Made by a program: the position numbers and the translations under genes. The notes beneath the pieces were generated by a model that did not search any database, was not told the origin of the DNA, and was given only the letters and a program-made list of their open reading frames with translations. A DNA stretch of 63,227 bases, the filler included, from Asterionella formosa (lineage: Eukaryota), in the NCBI GenBank assembly GCA_002256025.1. It is 16 parts of 16 records of this genome, joined end to end, with 100 filler letters (N's around TTAATTAATTAA, not from the genome) between each part and the next. Parts side by side here need not be neighbours in the genome. Positions count along the whole stretch, not along the records: positions 59,388 to 63,227 come from NKIB01013876.1; 15 more parts are not named here. The stretch is one strand, 5' to 3'. Shown here piece by piece: positions 62,937-63,227 of the stretch (position 1 is its first letter; each line of letters begins with the position of its first letter).

Positions 62937-63227
62937 CGTCGCTTGATAGTGAGTACCGCCTGTTTCTATGTGTGTCAACAGTGGCTTTCTAGTCAGGATT
63001 GCGTACAAGCGTACCGAGAGGTGCGCAAATATCAGACAAAATTGTGATCATTATATTGTCGATGTTCACCTGATCCCTTACATGAATCAATTACATTTTT
63101 CCTTTTCAACGAAAATGTGAGCTCAACTGACGACGGAACGAATCAATTTTCAAAGCATGTTTGTTGTACTCGTGCAAGAAGTTTGTATGGAGTATTGTAG
63201 TATAAATTATTAATATGATTATTATTT

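Overview
Eukaryotic nuclear DNA, most likely a diatom. This is inferred from short GT-AG introns, CoDi-type Ty1/copia elements, an MGDG synthase, a bipartite plastid-targeting peptide and diatom-type expanded gene families. The window is not one locus. It is 16 contigs of about 3.84-3.88 kb, almost all in decreasing length order, joined by an artificial 100-nt N-TTAATTAATTAA-N spacer, so neighbourhoods across spacers carry no meaning. Host genes: MGDG synthase (3' part), a Cys-less NifU-like plastid protein, a truncated GH18 chitinase with a CBM18 domain, a TM-RING-H2 E3 ligase, an LRR protein, tandem annexins, NF-YB, a tandem pair of an uncharacterised family, and two other uncharacterised intron-containing genes. 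Much of the rest is decayed transposons (several copia, gypsy, Plavaka/CACTA-like, Harbinger-like), a high-copy dispersed repeat and a ~195-bp satellite with higher-order structure. The main result is that the two short ORFs at 60543-60815 and 60837-61034 are one gene read through an in-frame UGA. It is a selenoprotein H (Rdx family) homologue with an atypical SxxU redox motif instead of CxxU, a Lys/Pro/Glu-rich N-terminus and a candidate SECIS just after the stop codon.
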